This document shows positions 12,501-22,087 of a DNA stretch of 64,000 nt, one piece after another. Location of the stretch: the IMG/VR virus record IMGVR_UViG_3300027712_000018. The stretch is one strand, 5' to 3'. The position numbers and the translations under genes were made by a program. The notes beneath the pieces were generated by a model. It made no database searches. It had not been told where the DNA came from and saw only the letters and a program-made list of their open reading frames with translations. Position 1 is the stretch's first letter; every line of letters begins with the position of its first letter. The stretch comes from a virus.

Positions 12501-12582
12501 TAAAAAGAATTCTATGAAAGTTTTTCGCTGTATCAAAATCATCATAGTACGGTGCGCCCGTTAAATTTGTATTTAAACTCAT
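6583..12582 (-). CDS. large virion structural protein (VrlC/DUF4815-like)
   Basis: N-terminal PYYDDFD...FHRILFKPG.AIQARE.TQLQSILQNQ; APGADRLK; RFKNGILVDNF; C-terminal YFAIKIVL...P.VKNLRAIAL. Confidence 0.8.
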   Translation of the reverse strand: MSLNTNLTGAPYYDDFDTAKNFHRILFKPGVAIQAREMTQLQSILQNQVERFGNNILQEGTIIEGCNFTEIANLKYVKILDLNTNGQPVPMSNYAGAKINGLSTGVTAIVQDYDIGLESQDPDLNTLYIKYTGSGNTDPSIKTFNVSENLELRYLSNNGLIDTVTVAGSVLSIPANAVGDSYGVRVGEGIIYQKGFFTRVDPQLVIVPSYTTASGVTTANRYTNVPNNAVVGFQTAESLITSDNDISLLDNASGYNNYQAPGADRLKLTPILTVMDKTTAENDQTFFAIQEYMYGKVVRRNLGTQYNGIMNVIEQRTKEESGNYIVKDFPIKTSNNIVTTEVTGIKVGKSYAITNLGSTGTSGFVAIGAPSGATVGTIFTATALGVGDGEVREQALNLDIGSGIAYVEGKRVELLNRTTVDLPKSTSSNTELTQSVSSNYGNYVLVKEYMGAFDFNKAATVNLFNATQTNSTDGSIGANSGVSIGTAKVISVEYDSGTMSSANAYYKMYLSDIKMNISNTTITGASSNGTSFIYVASNNNYTANTKVSITGVNPTTYNLSNQTVTTANATHFTIANTSTGGSYVNNGIATVIGIWDDVKSIVNGIAGTADLVDTTIYDQAFKLRLFTVGRDALKALPAATTSANYIYRSSNVISSIVNTGVASTFTVPTGTFNVSGTLDSTQRKDFMLISGTTTGPYVKDKPIDLSTATMVVTSNQLNITIPAFANSTPIANSVLYYNAKRTAITAPTKKVLETVYVKILCANNSANNTGPWTLGFPDVYKIENIYVGSANSYAAESSANDKKSYFSLNTNQKDDYYGLSTISKKSGLTLTQYSTLLVKLTRFKKSTIDTDYGFFTVSSYPIDDVNTANTSAIQTYNIPSYTATNNMVYDLRDVIDFRMYSVNTAANSTTSASATVNPVSTISFNTNSELYLPTANEPLVTDYSYYLARKDYLMIDASGNLVLKQGTPSDSPIPPNEPSSGMILADITVPEYPSLSSSAAASLNKKRYGVTVTPRSHRRYTMDDVGGIDSRVNRLEYYSALSLLETDTKNLMITDANGLNRFKNGILVDNFSNLMGADLFDPDFSAGYDADTEEVIPRFREYPLHIKKDIGINDNNIRYYNNSFTIKDTNNRILIRQPYATYHKETVVNTYDNTGTIQIYPYYDLGKDTIITPEPSGLGDPIYEYSADGLSVKTSTLTYKNGGWYNWGYHSGKWQWVSSTVSTSTFNSAFARPQDIRIKVTGLKPKTRYWVFVDGQATNVLPGHYTSGTDITSISSGYGTRDTSEAIHGDWIHDTSALWSESGEMSVLSDSKGEMLAVLNIPPNNLKVGEHKIQVYESAKLGTTTVATAIYSAYNDGDAHGFAKGREYPMPPITFKTGGTYTETSVINVNDTLVFDYLSQTFTIKRTMGNDSVIVTDTIDLYFQAKPAASTGHGVTIQIVGTKNDRPNPSEILASKYVPNESINANTTSEAATTISFDDLIILKTDTTYAIVIIPDAHDPSFRMWIARSGDKDVIKQISVTKDTFTGTLFTSTNGLAWTPNNTDNLKFTFYNNEYSGTGVSYLTNDDHEFFTITPTGTTYIDNKGHTYGSNFTADEIVVKLNANISLASITTNSSLKTISTNTDLTGTFSSGNWLGYWAVGANNNIVVDAVKITAANSTVITLDRAPFYSNTSANVFKAVTGTVSYYNASSNLLHLRGSSNPIGASVASTQKFVVGDTIRGIKSNCSATISSIDALNVSTMRAKVDQYNYTNTSTKYQLDFIAGPSPSFIRNDTNQPISVTQEIPYHKYLGTIPSASLQTQQGFRISATLNNNFSGVKDSTPIVNYKSGIINVFEHIINNDSNNEILPIGGNALTKFITKPVTLEENLDAEDLKVYLTAYRPTGAKIEVYARFKHKSDQRPLGEVEWTKLTLKDSTNLTSSVSDLYDYREFEYYMPVGAVLGANAGAILDSSNGNKITYKDAGGAIYIGYKYFAIKIVLLGEAHNVVPKVKNLRAIALT

Positions 12583-12596
12583 GTGTTTTAAGCCTC

Positions 12597-15146
12597 TTAA
12601 AATTCAATAATTAGTTTTATTTTTTCGGTTTGGTTTGGGTCACGTGTAATCGGTGAGAAGTTCTCTACATAAAGAATTTCACCAGAACCGTCAATAACGG
12701 AATTGCGTGAATAGTCTCTTCCCGTGAGTTTCGCTGTCGCACCGTTAGTTTGTCCTATGAATGTATTTATTGTCGCTGAAGCATCATCAGATAGATTAAA
12801 CGTTCCCTGTACGCCATTTAGACTTATGACACTGACTAAATCGACAGTCGAGACTGCCACGTTAGCACCACTTGTTTGACCCACTAGATAGTTGAGTGTA
12901 GTTGTACCAGTTTGAAATGTTCCTGTGATGTTCTTCAAAGTTAGTTTGGTGTTATTTCTAATGGCGACCTGACCTGTTGCACCAGTATTTGCTTGAACGA
13001 CAACTTCATTCGTGATAAAGTTGGCCGCAGAGTTTGTAGATAAGACGAGTTGAGAGACTGTCTCGTTTGTGTGGACATAACCCAATCCGTTTGCTTGGAA
13101 TGTATTATCAACCGAAGACACCGTAGAAATTATGCCAGTCACATAACCAGTGATAGTATTAACAGTCGTATTACCACCGATAAATGATCCATAGTTAGGA
13201 TTTACGACGATGGTATTATTGTAACGGTCAATGATAGTTCCGTTTGCAGTAACCGTCGATCCATTATACTGAGTAATCAATTCGCCATCATTATACAGAT
13301 ATGCGGGATTAAGCAATCCAGTGTTTGCAAGATTATTTATGGTCAATTTAATAATGTTAGAACTAATCAGATTTAGTCCTGTTTGAATAACCAATTCATC
13401 GTTTGCAAAACCGACACTGCTTGGGCCGAGATTTGTTATGTCTGCTTGGAATATCTGGCGTTGATCAAATGTATTGAATCCACGGTCAAGTGATAGAACC
13501 GATGTGTTTGCAAGACTTGTTTGACCCACAATATAGTTAGCGGTAGTGTTACCTGTTGAAAAGAATCCACTGATTGACCCAAGTCTCAATGTAGTCCCAG
13601 AACGATTGATGACCTGACCTTTGGCGCCTGTGTTGGCTTGGAGTACATATTCGCCAGCACTGAACGCTGTTGCAGAAGATCCAAGAGTGATTTCCACGTT
13701 GGCGAAAGATGGGTCTTTAATAATAGAAACACGACGATAGTCATTAGTCGTTGGGATGGTACTAGATTCACTATTGGCGAATGCGACACCAATACCAATT
13801 CTTGATGCATACAATTCGTTAACTGGATCAGAACCATGACCTTTAGGAGGAGAAATGATTGCACGAGCTTTAGCACTAGTAGTGTTAACGTAAGTCGAAG
13901 TGTTTGAGATGTTCCCCGTGTTCGCAATCAAAGTGATGTTGGCATAAGTATAACCCGAACCAGAATTGATGATTTCGATATCACCAATAGAGTTAGCGGT
14001 TGGATTTACAATAGCTACTGCACCAGCATTCACGCCGTCACCCGTAATGATAACTCTTGGGCCAATTTCATAGATTGACGAAGTATCGGGAACGATATCT
14101 AATGAAGCATTCAAAATAACTGAACGAGCATCACCAGCACTGATGTACGATGTAATTGTTCTTAATTGTCCCGCCCCTTTGCCGGATCTTATATAGAACG
14201 AGTTGTTATCGTAGAAGTGACTGGTAGGATTTAGCGAAGCGTTTAGAGGCGTCACAGAATTGATCACCGATGTAGTACCACTGCTTTGACCTACTAAATT
14301 TGCAGTAGCAACAAAAGCTCTATCAACGTTAACCACACGAACCGTATTGTTACCCGTGAACACAGCCACGACAACGCCATTAGAAGTTTTAGATTGATAA
14401 AGAGAAGATACTTTTTCTTCTTTGAACCCTGTTACGTTGGCAACAGTAACATCATATTCCAAATATTTATCGCTTGACAAAGCATACACTAATGTGTTAC
14501 CGTTTACCGTAGATTCTTTAATTGTGCCAGTAGCGTAACTATTATATTGAGACCCTGGATTAGTAATAATGATTGTGTTGATAGCACCAGAAATTGCATT
14601 ACCACTCACATTAGCGTTTGGAATAATTGGAACAAATTCTGCAGTAGCGAATTTGCTGTATGTAGTTTGGTCAATCGTGTACATATACTTCCACTGATAA
14701 CCATCGGCCGTTGTATACAGTTGATCGTCTGCAGAAGTCTCTGAGAACAATGGTTGGCTTGTGGAGGCAATACCGCCGTAGTTGTTCAGACATTTGAATA
14801 CGTGATAACTACCCGATTCAGTTGACACGACGAAGAAGTTTTTTGTTTCCAAATCAAAAGAGATGTCATCATACATGGCATATTTAGTACCTGATGTCCA
14901 CACATAGTTTTTAATCATATGTTTCACATCATCGGGCGATAAGTGTTTACCAAAAATCAGATCATCGTATATGTTATAATACTTACCTTGCATTGTATTG
15001 TCAATGGAAGGCGGATTGATGTCGTCAGTAAATGGAATGCTTCTGTGAGCTCCCACATAATAGATGGTGTTAGAAGATTCACTAAAAGACTCTAGAAACT
15101 GAGCCGCAGAGTGTGTTCTGAAATTGGTAGTTAATAACTTAGGCAT
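12597..15146 (-). CDS. baseplate wedge subunit gp8-like (expanded)
   Basis: VFKCLNN, TADGYQWKYMY, GHGSDPVNEL and C-terminal SGEILYVENFSPITR..QTEKIKLIIEF motifs. Confidence 0.85.
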   Translation of the reverse strand: MPKLLTTNFRTHSAAQFLESFSESSNTIYYVGAHRSIPFTDDINPPSIDNTMQGKYYNIYDDLIFGKHLSPDDVKHMIKNYVWTSGTKYAMYDDISFDLETKNFFVVSTESGSYHVFKCLNNYGGIASTSQPLFSETSADDQLYTTADGYQWKYMYTIDQTTYSKFATAEFVPIIPNANVSGNAISGAINTIIITNPGSQYNSYATGTIKESTVNGNTLVYALSSDKYLEYDVTVANVTGFKEEKVSSLYQSKTSNGVVVAVFTGNNTVRVVNVDRAFVATANLVGQSSGTTSVINSVTPLNASLNPTSHFYDNNSFYIRSGKGAGQLRTITSYISAGDARSVILNASLDIVPDTSSIYEIGPRVIITGDGVNAGAVAIVNPTANSIGDIEIINSGSGYTYANITLIANTGNISNTSTYVNTTSAKARAIISPPKGHGSDPVNELYASRIGIGVAFANSESSTIPTTNDYRRVSIIKDPSFANVEITLGSSATAFSAGEYVLQANTGAKGQVINRSGTTLRLGSISGFFSTGNTTANYIVGQTSLANTSVLSLDRGFNTFDQRQIFQADITNLGPSSVGFANDELVIQTGLNLISSNIIKLTINNLANTGLLNPAYLYNDGELITQYNGSTVTANGTIIDRYNNTIVVNPNYGSFIGGNTTVNTITGYVTGIISTVSSVDNTFQANGLGYVHTNETVSQLVLSTNSAANFITNEVVVQANTGATGQVAIRNNTKLTLKNITGTFQTGTTTLNYLVGQTSGANVAVSTVDLVSVISLNGVQGTFNLSDDASATINTFIGQTNGATAKLTGRDYSRNSVIDGSGEILYVENFSPITRDPNQTEKIKLIIEF

Positions 15147-15156
15147 CTATTGTTCC

Positions 15157-16419
15157 TTACATCGCAGTCGTTCTGCCGGTCTCAATCATGGTAGTGCCGT
15201 CTGACACAAAGTCTATAACAAAAGTCTTGGCGGTTACAGTACCAGTGGCAAGAGTTCCAGTAGTCAAGAAACCACTACCAAATGTGATAGTGTATGAAGT
15301 AACACCACTTGTGACGATAATTACTGAAGCTCTAGATCCAGCAGGAGATACCGTAGTCGTGAATGTTGCAGTAGCGTTAGGCGTGACCTTAACTACGGTG
15401 TTGGTCGCCAAGGCCATGGCAACAGTTCCAGCAGTCAATGCGGTGTATCCACCAGCAACTTGTTGTGTTGCTTTGATGTTACCCGTGACCGTAAGTTTTT
15501 CGGTCTGAGTAGTAGCGCCGATAGCAACGTTACCATTGAAGTAGTTTGGAGCTGTTCCGTTTGCATAAAAGTTATAAGATGTTCCACCGCCAGAAGCAAT
15601 AGGGTGAGCAGATCCGAAACCTACTACGAGTTTGCCGGTAGTAACACTAGATGCGGGAATCCCTATGGCATAAAATCCATAATTGTTTGTAGCGCCAAAC
15701 AGATTGGATTCCGTAGCAAATCCGATTTGGTTTGTTACAGTAGAAGACGCCCCAAATGTTCCTTGAGTGGCATAATAATGTCTAAGGGTTGGAAGAGTAA
15801 ACGTTGAATTTGCCGTGCTAGCCACACTAATAAAATAATTAGCAGTTGTTGTCACATCACTTTGAATGGTGCCACTTAAGTACACTCCATACGACACAGC
15901 TTGACCTGTGATATTCTTAGACACCCCAAGGTTAGTATTATTCGAACCAATAGTACCAATGCCAATGTTACCAAATTCGTTGATTCTCATGCGCTCGGTT
16001 AAAGTTCCAGCCTGCATTGTATTGAGTATCATGAACGAAGATTCTGAAGTACTGGTTGCGTTTATTATTCCAGCGAAAATGGCACCGTACTCTTTACTAG
16101 CCCCAACAGAATTTTTACCTCTAAATCTGATAGTACCTATAAGATCGTTTGGTGCAGGCGATGCACTATTTCTATAAAGAACAAGGTCGGGACTATCGGC
16201 TGCACCAAAATCTGTACTCGTAACAACAAGAGCATCACCTACACCAGATGAGTTAACCGTAAACGATCCCGACTGTACGTTACCGACAGCGATTCTAAGT
16301 TCCGACATTAGAATCTTGTATTCAGTGTTGGCACTAAAACCATGCACAAGGAATAGATCAGTGTCAACAATCGCCGATCCCGCAATAGCAGATAAGGCTT
16401 TTAGGGTAGTGTTTGCCAT
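15157..16419 (-). CDS. short fibre-like virion protein
   Basis: ERMRI..GNIGIG and GNVAIG..TEKLTVTGNI fibre motifs. Confidence 0.55.
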   Translation of the reverse strand: MANTTLKALSAIAGSAIVDTDLFLVHGFSANTEYKILMSELRIAVGNVQSGSFTVNSSGVGDALVVTSTDFGAADSPDLVLYRNSASPAPNDLIGTIRFRGKNSVGASKEYGAIFAGIINATSTSESSFMILNTMQAGTLTERMRINEFGNIGIGTIGSNNTNLGVSKNITGQAVSYGVYLSGTIQSDVTTTANYFISVASTANSTFTLPTLRHYYATQGTFGASSTVTNQIGFATESNLFGATNNYGFYAIGIPASSVTTGKLVVGFGSAHPIASGGGTSYNFYANGTAPNYFNGNVAIGATTQTEKLTVTGNIKATQQVAGGYTALTAGTVAMALATNTVVKVTPNATATFTTTVSPAGSRASVIIVTSGVTSYTITFGSGFLTTGTLATGTVTAKTFVIDFVSDGTTMIETGRTTAM

Positions 16420-19400
16420 TATAGTATATTCTCCGTGCTTACAATCATCGTGCTTCCGTTAATTATCAAATTTGAACCATTCAATAACAAGTAATCATCA
16501 GACCTCTTCAGTGATTTGATACTGCTATTAGAAGATGAAATGTTTAAATTGGCGGTCGATCTTCTCTCAACACTTCCAAATAATTCATTACCCGCTACGT
16601 GTAGGATCTTTTTAACAACATCCTTATATCTATTTAGGGACAATCCAGAAATGATATCGTAGGAATATTCTTGATAGTATTTATTGTCGTGAATTTTCTT
16701 ATCTGAACTCAAATGCGATGTTGTCGTTTTCCAATAACCAGAACCGATACCTTGTTTTAACAGTTTACTTGTGCCAGTCATGACATATGGGTTTGTGGTA
16801 CTTTCTAGATTAACGGAACCATCATTAACATATCCAAATCCCGAATCAACAACCGACACAGCAGTGGCCACACCGTTAGCGACAACAACACTACCTGAGA
16901 TGCTAGCGTTATCGCCAACTACAGTCGCATTACTATCGGTCGTAACAGAAAACACAGACCCCGTTGCTTTTGACGTTGCCCCCGTAATATCGGTGCCAGA
17001 TAAAAATGATACGTTAAAACTAGTACGGCGAACGTGTAGTAGTTTATTATCTAGATCGTAACTAATAACAGTACCCTTAGCGGTAGTAGAATCTAATAGG
17101 TTTTGTTGAATAATTTCACCGACTTTGAATGAACCAAACACACTAGTTAATTTTATATAGAAATCTGAACGGCCATAACTAGCAATATATGGGTTAACAA
17201 CGTGAATAAACGGATCGGCATTGTAATTGGATCCTGGGTTAATCTTAGTTAGAGTTCCGATACTACCAATCAAGAAGTTGTCGAATGTCAATAGGTCGCC
17301 GATTAGATTAGTAAATCCACCAGCCGGATTTTTAGGAAATCCATATCCGAAGGTCATATTAATACATAAAGTTGCGACAGTACCGCCTGTTAGAGGTAAT
17401 GTTAATGTCGGCGTAGTATAATAACCATCACCTATGCCAGACATCGTGATTCCAGTAATTCCGCCAGTAGCATCGGTAACAATAGTGCCACTCACTTGCG
17501 TATACGGATCGCCGCCTGCTTTACCACCTCCCGTAAAAGTAACTAAACTACCGTTAGCATATCCAGAACCACTACTAGAAACAGACGCAAACCCCCCACT
17601 CACATATGTAGATAAAGAATTTGTATATGCAATTGTGAAAGTAGTAGCGTTAGCCGCAGTAATTGTTTGAGCAGATAAATTATAACCAAGTGGATTGATA
17701 TTAGCGATAGTTACTGTATTACCGACTCCATACGTATTAGTAGCACTATAAACAATTGTAGATCCGTTCGCAGTGGCCCCCGTAACAACAATTGCTGGAA
17801 AAACGTTAGCGACGAATCCGAAACCCGAGCCTTGACCACTCACCAAAATATCTTTGTATGGTGTATTGGCCGAATTGTTTGCACCTACGATGTCGGTGTT
17901 GAGAGGAACTGTTTCAGTGTTCTCTAAGAAACCAAGTTTGAACGATGCACCTGTTCCTGTTCGAATGCCAGTAAGAGGTTCACTAACTTCAAGAATCGCA
18001 CCATTAGAATATTTTGGCGGAGATACTAATTGCGCTCTGTCAGTCTCTATATAATAGGATCCAGTTGCAGAGTAATAGAAACTGTTTGCTAAACTACCAT
18101 AAAGGCCAACAGCGGTTGTATTCTGGCCAACAACAATACCGTTGGCGTAGAGTTTAGTGACGTTGTCTTTTCCGGCAGGAGCTCCGATACTGCCATTTGA
18201 TGCGTTAACGTTATTCAAATAAACATAGGCAGCACCCGTCACAGTATTCGAAGAAATTGTACCTTGAAGTTTGGTTGTGTTGCCATAAATTAAACCGCTA
18301 AAAGTTGCATTCGCATCAAGAAACGCACCATAAACAATTCTAACATCCACGTTTGACCCGACTCTGTTGGTAACCAAACCTCTGGCACCAAGAGTCGTTG
18401 TCGAAGTCGAAGTGATCGTACTGTTGATTGAAGGTGTTGCTGTTACAACTAGAGAAGCGTTGGCGACAAATGGACCAAACGCTTTATTGACGACGAGTGA
18501 TGTTGAGTTGGCCACCGATTGAACTTGACCAAACGCTTTATATGCGGTAAAGGTATTACCATTCGCCGTAAAAGTTATTGTTTGACTTACGTTGGCGGAC
18601 GTAGTAAAGCCTGTTGTACTAGCAACCGAAAGAGTGTATATTGATTCTTCATCAATATATTCACCGTTTGAAAATGCGACAGGGGAACTCAGGGTTAATT
18701 TTCTTTGGTCGCCAAATGTCGATCCACCGATAACTTGTATAGTTACAAGTGAGTAAGCAGAGGCCGTAGAAATCACGTCACCGTTACTATTAGTATTGGC
18801 GACAGCGATAACATAACTGTTGGCAACTATAGTATTTGATCCATCTCTACCAGTTAGATATGTTCCAACGATATTGCTGCTATTGATGTTTGTCGCACTA
18901 TACAGATAAATCTTTTCAATACGTTGTAATACTGGTTCGTAAAGAATGAATGAATTGGCCGAATTATTCACATTCAACATGGCAGTCGAAACATAGACTT
19001 TAGTGGTGTTGGCCACAAAGTCTGATGTTCCTGCCATATATGCACTGGTGTATCCGTATCCACCGTCCAAGATTTTAAGGTCAACCTTACCAGTGAAGTC
19101 GGCGGTAGCTGTAACACGAACCTTGCCGTGTTGCGCTTGAGGAGACACAACGTTAAGAACGTCACCGACTTTGTTGTCACGCCCACCAAGTGTCAGTTCG
19201 ACATTAGTAAGAGATCCAATAATAGTAGGCGATCCACTCAGATAACCATCGTCCGTAATCTGTTCACCATAAGAAAAATCACCTTGCACACTACTCAGAT
19301 ACAGCACGTCAATGAGTTTGCCGTTGATTCTTTTGGTAACAAGACTTTCAACAAATCCTGTAGCACCTGAAGCCGAACCCGTAATTTGATGGTCTAAAAA

Positions 19401-19850
19401 AGTTTTGTTTCTAGGCGATTTAGTGATTTCTAAATACTGTGGTTTAAACCATAAAGAATCCGATGCTTTAATAACATCATCACCAGGATAATATACATCC
19501 ACTTCTTGATTGTAAAGTAATTTAAGTAGAAGTTGAAGAGAGTTTTTAGACCCCTTTGACGAATACAAATCAAGAATGTGTTTAACAGCAAACCTTTTAT
19601 CGGTAGTGATAATAGAAGGAAAGTCGGACAAAAAGTTATTCTGAAAATGTGATATGAATGACGATAACGATTCGTCAATGTCCGTCAATTCAAACATCTG
19701 TTTAGACATCTTGACAGAATACTTATCAGTCGTTTCTAGAAACTCGTAATAGGCCTTTATGAAGGCCACCAATTCTGCGCCGTTCTCACGGTAATGTGCC
19801 GGAAATTGTGACTCAATTAGATGTGATATTGTTTTAGTAATATCGGTCAT
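16419..19850 (-). CDS. baseplate wedge subunit gp7-like
   Basis: N-terminal FIKAYYEFLE and LYSSKGS; C-terminal IHDNKYYQEYSY...VKKILHVAG.ELFG; adjacent to gp6. Confidence 0.75.
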   Translation of the reverse strand: MTDITKTISHLIESQFPAHYRENGAELVAFIKAYYEFLETTDKYSVKMSKQMFELTDIDESLSSFISHFQNNFLSDFPSIITTDKRFAVKHILDLYSSKGSKNSLQLLLKLLYNQEVDVYYPGDDVIKASDSLWFKPQYLEITKSPRNKTFLDHQITGSASGATGFVESLVTKRINGKLIDVLYLSSVQGDFSYGEQITDDGYLSGSPTIIGSLTNVELTLGGRDNKVGDVLNVVSPQAQHGKVRVTATADFTGKVDLKILDGGYGYTSAYMAGTSDFVANTTKVYVSTAMLNVNNSANSFILYEPVLQRIEKIYLYSATNINSSNIVGTYLTGRDGSNTIVANSYVIAVANTNSNGDVISTASAYSLVTIQVIGGSTFGDQRKLTLSSPVAFSNGEYIDEESIYTLSVASTTGFTTSANVSQTITFTANGNTFTAYKAFGQVQSVANSTSLVVNKAFGPFVANASLVVTATPSINSTITSTSTTTLGARGLVTNRVGSNVDVRIVYGAFLDANATFSGLIYGNTTKLQGTISSNTVTGAAYVYLNNVNASNGSIGAPAGKDNVTKLYANGIVVGQNTTAVGLYGSLANSFYYSATGSYYIETDRAQLVSPPKYSNGAILEVSEPLTGIRTGTGASFKLGFLENTETVPLNTDIVGANNSANTPYKDILVSGQGSGFGFVANVFPAIVVTGATANGSTIVYSATNTYGVGNTVTIANINPLGYNLSAQTITAANATTFTIAYTNSLSTYVSGGFASVSSSGSGYANGSLVTFTGGGKAGGDPYTQVSGTIVTDATGGITGITMSGIGDGYYTTPTLTLPLTGGTVATLCINMTFGYGFPKNPAGGFTNLIGDLLTFDNFLIGSIGTLTKINPGSNYNADPFIHVVNPYIASYGRSDFYIKLTSVFGSFKVGEIIQQNLLDSTTAKGTVISYDLDNKLLHVRRTSFNVSFLSGTDITGATSKATGSVFSVTTDSNATVVGDNASISGSVVVANGVATAVSVVDSGFGYVNDGSVNLESTTNPYVMTGTSKLLKQGIGSGYWKTTTSHLSSDKKIHDNKYYQEYSYDIISGLSLNRYKDVVKKILHVAGNELFGSVERRSTANLNISSSNSSIKSLKRSDDYLLLNGSNLIINGSTMIVSTENIL

Positions 19851-19851
19851 G

Positions 19852-21645
19852 TTATTCCGCTACTCCATAAACGTTAACGATCACATCACTTGATCTGATA
19901 TTAAGAATTCTATCAATTGATGAAGAAATATCTTTTGATGCCGTTCTAGCATAGAGTCTAATATCAGAACCTTCATAAGCAGAGATATTCAAATCTTTAA
20001 TGTTGACAACACTAGTCGTATAATTAATTGTCCCCGCAGCCTTGTTTAAATAGACGAATCCACCAGAACTTGTTGTTGACAAAATCTGAACAACCCCTTG
20101 ACCATTGTCTTGTAAGAATGCAGAAGAGTTTCCCCCGTATGTGAACGGAGATGATTTAAACGCTGGCTTGTGTGAAGCGACTTGTTCTCCCGCCGTCATT
20201 GGGTGGTCACTGATGAGTGGGTTATCAAAATTCAAAGAATAGGTCACGTTGGTGTTTAGTGTAGGATTGATTGCCAACACTTCAAGGACAGTCGTGTCAT
20301 TTGATATGATACTAGAATCGGCGTTGTCAATAGTCGAAATGAAGTTAGAATATCTAAATGTCTTTTTAAAGTCTGACAGGTTGTTTGTACTGTATGAAAC
20401 AATCGCACTTGTGACCAAATCTTTGATGGCGACAGGTGATTGAGTGGTCTTGTTGATGTTATAATAAACATTACTTGACACATATAGATACATGAATTTA
20501 GCAGATTCGACTACTGGTTCGATACCTAATGCGGCACGATCTTTTAAGTAGTTGTAATACTTTCTCTTGTTATTATCGGATAGTCCGTAAGCGTTATTAA
20601 CATCAACTGCAATAATAACTTTGCCATACAGAGGTGGATCTTCCTCTTCGCCACCGTATGCAGACACAGCCTGAATCTCAGGAAACTTCGCCTTCAACAA
20701 AACTTCATAATCGGATTTGGTGATGGCTCTATCTTGAACCTGAATTGATTTGGGTGCAAAGTATCTGATAGAATCAATTGATTCGATATCAGTCCCATCT
20801 GCGGAAGTTGTGTTTAAACTTACGGTTGCAACATATCCTGAGATTGTTCCGACAGGAGCGATACTTGTAATGCCATTCGCATCAGCACCAGCAGTGATAC
20901 GGTATTCAACCAAAATAACATTACCAGCAGTTGGGGATGTCCCGAATATGTTTTGGCCGAATGTTATTTCATATAAGTCGTTAAAATATGGTTGGATATA
21001 GAATATTTTATCTGTAGAAGTCACACCATAGATGTCGGTCTTTGGAGAGTATGATACCCCAATTATATCAGAAGCATTTTGCTTTACTGTAACACGAATA
21101 CTATTGGTGTCAATCTTTTTATTGGATACGATGAATCGTTGTGAAGCCTGACCTGTTACTGTAAAGGCTTCAGTGACATACGTCCCTTCGTATACATCCA
21201 AGTTGTTGTATGTGAAGGTATTGTTGATGTTGGTGATAGATACCGCATCAGGATTGTAGAACGTATAGGTAGTATTACCGCACTTGGCATTAAACTTCGT
21301 CTTAGCAGGAATTGTGATAGATGCAGGATATGGGTAGTTGACTGCCAATTTGATGGCGATGTTTGCCTTAGACGATGTGTATGATCTTGGCATATAGTTT
21401 AGACTTTTGGCGTGAGAGACGACTGAGTCACGTAGTTGTGCCGTGTCCATGAACATCTCAGAGATGGCCATGTTCGTATAGAAGTTGTTCTGATACGTGT
21501 TATAAGCCAGAACGTCCAACAAGACCGACATGTTAGCGCCTTCAAAGTTGTAGTCTTTGAATTGCGATTGTGATTGCAGATAAGTTTTAAGATCAGACTT
21601 GATTTCGTCAAAGTCTAATTTGGTGATGCCGCTAACTGTTGCCAT
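19852..21645 (-). CDS. baseplate wedge subunit gp6
   Basis: LDFDEIK..LK.YL...FKDYNFEG.NMSVLLDVLAYNT; QDRAIT..DY. Confidence 0.95.
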   Translation of the reverse strand: MATVSGITKLDFDEIKSDLKTYLQSQSQFKDYNFEGANMSVLLDVLAYNTYQNNFYTNMAISEMFMDTAQLRDSVVSHAKSLNYMPRSYTSSKANIAIKLAVNYPYPASITIPAKTKFNAKCGNTTYTFYNPDAVSITNINNTFTYNNLDVYEGTYVTEAFTVTGQASQRFIVSNKKIDTNSIRVTVKQNASDIIGVSYSPKTDIYGVTSTDKIFYIQPYFNDLYEITFGQNIFGTSPTAGNVILVEYRITAGADANGITSIAPVGTISGYVATVSLNTTSADGTDIESIDSIRYFAPKSIQVQDRAITKSDYEVLLKAKFPEIQAVSAYGGEEEDPPLYGKVIIAVDVNNAYGLSDNNKRKYYNYLKDRAALGIEPVVESAKFMYLYVSSNVYYNINKTTQSPVAIKDLVTSAIVSYSTNNLSDFKKTFRYSNFISTIDNADSSIISNDTTVLEVLAINPTLNTNVTYSLNFDNPLISDHPMTAGEQVASHKPAFKSSPFTYGGNSSAFLQDNGQGVVQILSTTSSGGFVYLNKAAGTINYTTSVVNIKDLNISAYEGSDIRLYARTASKDISSSIDRILNIRSSDVIVNVYGVAE

Positions 21646-22061
21646 TATCTTACCCTGCTAAGTACTACGTTTAATGTGATTGGTGTCTGTATATTTATTA
21701 CACTGAAAGTAATTGATACAGTGACACTGTTTGTGTCGTCTGCCATGTTTGAGATGTTGACCGATAGAAGGTTGCATCTTGGCTCAAAGTTTTTGATCGT
21801 GGTTCCGATTGTTTCATTAAGAATGTATTTGGTTTCAGGATACATAATGTTTTCAAACAACATCTTTCGAATGTTTGATCCAAGTGTTGGGTTGAATAGT
21901 CGTTCCCCTTGGTCAGTCAATAACAGATTCTTGATTGATTCTTTGATTGCATCTTCATCAGTATACCTTGACACATCATTATTAATTGGATTGAGAAACA
22001 TATCTTTTCTCAAGTCTGAATACAAAACTTGTTGTTTTCTCGTTGTCGGCGTAATGATCAT
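21645..22061 (-). CDS. baseplate wedge subunit gp25
   Basis: AIKESIKNLLLT..GERLFNP.LGS; FEPR. Confidence 0.92.
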   Translation of the reverse strand: MIITPTTRKQQVLYSDLRKDMFLNPINNDVSRYTDEDAIKESIKNLLLTDQGERLFNPTLGSNIRKMLFENIMYPETKYILNETIGTTIKNFEPRCNLLSVNISNMADDTNSVTVSITFSVINIQTPITLNVVLSRVR

Positions 22062-22087
22062 CTTGGCATTCCTTTAGTGTTATTTAT

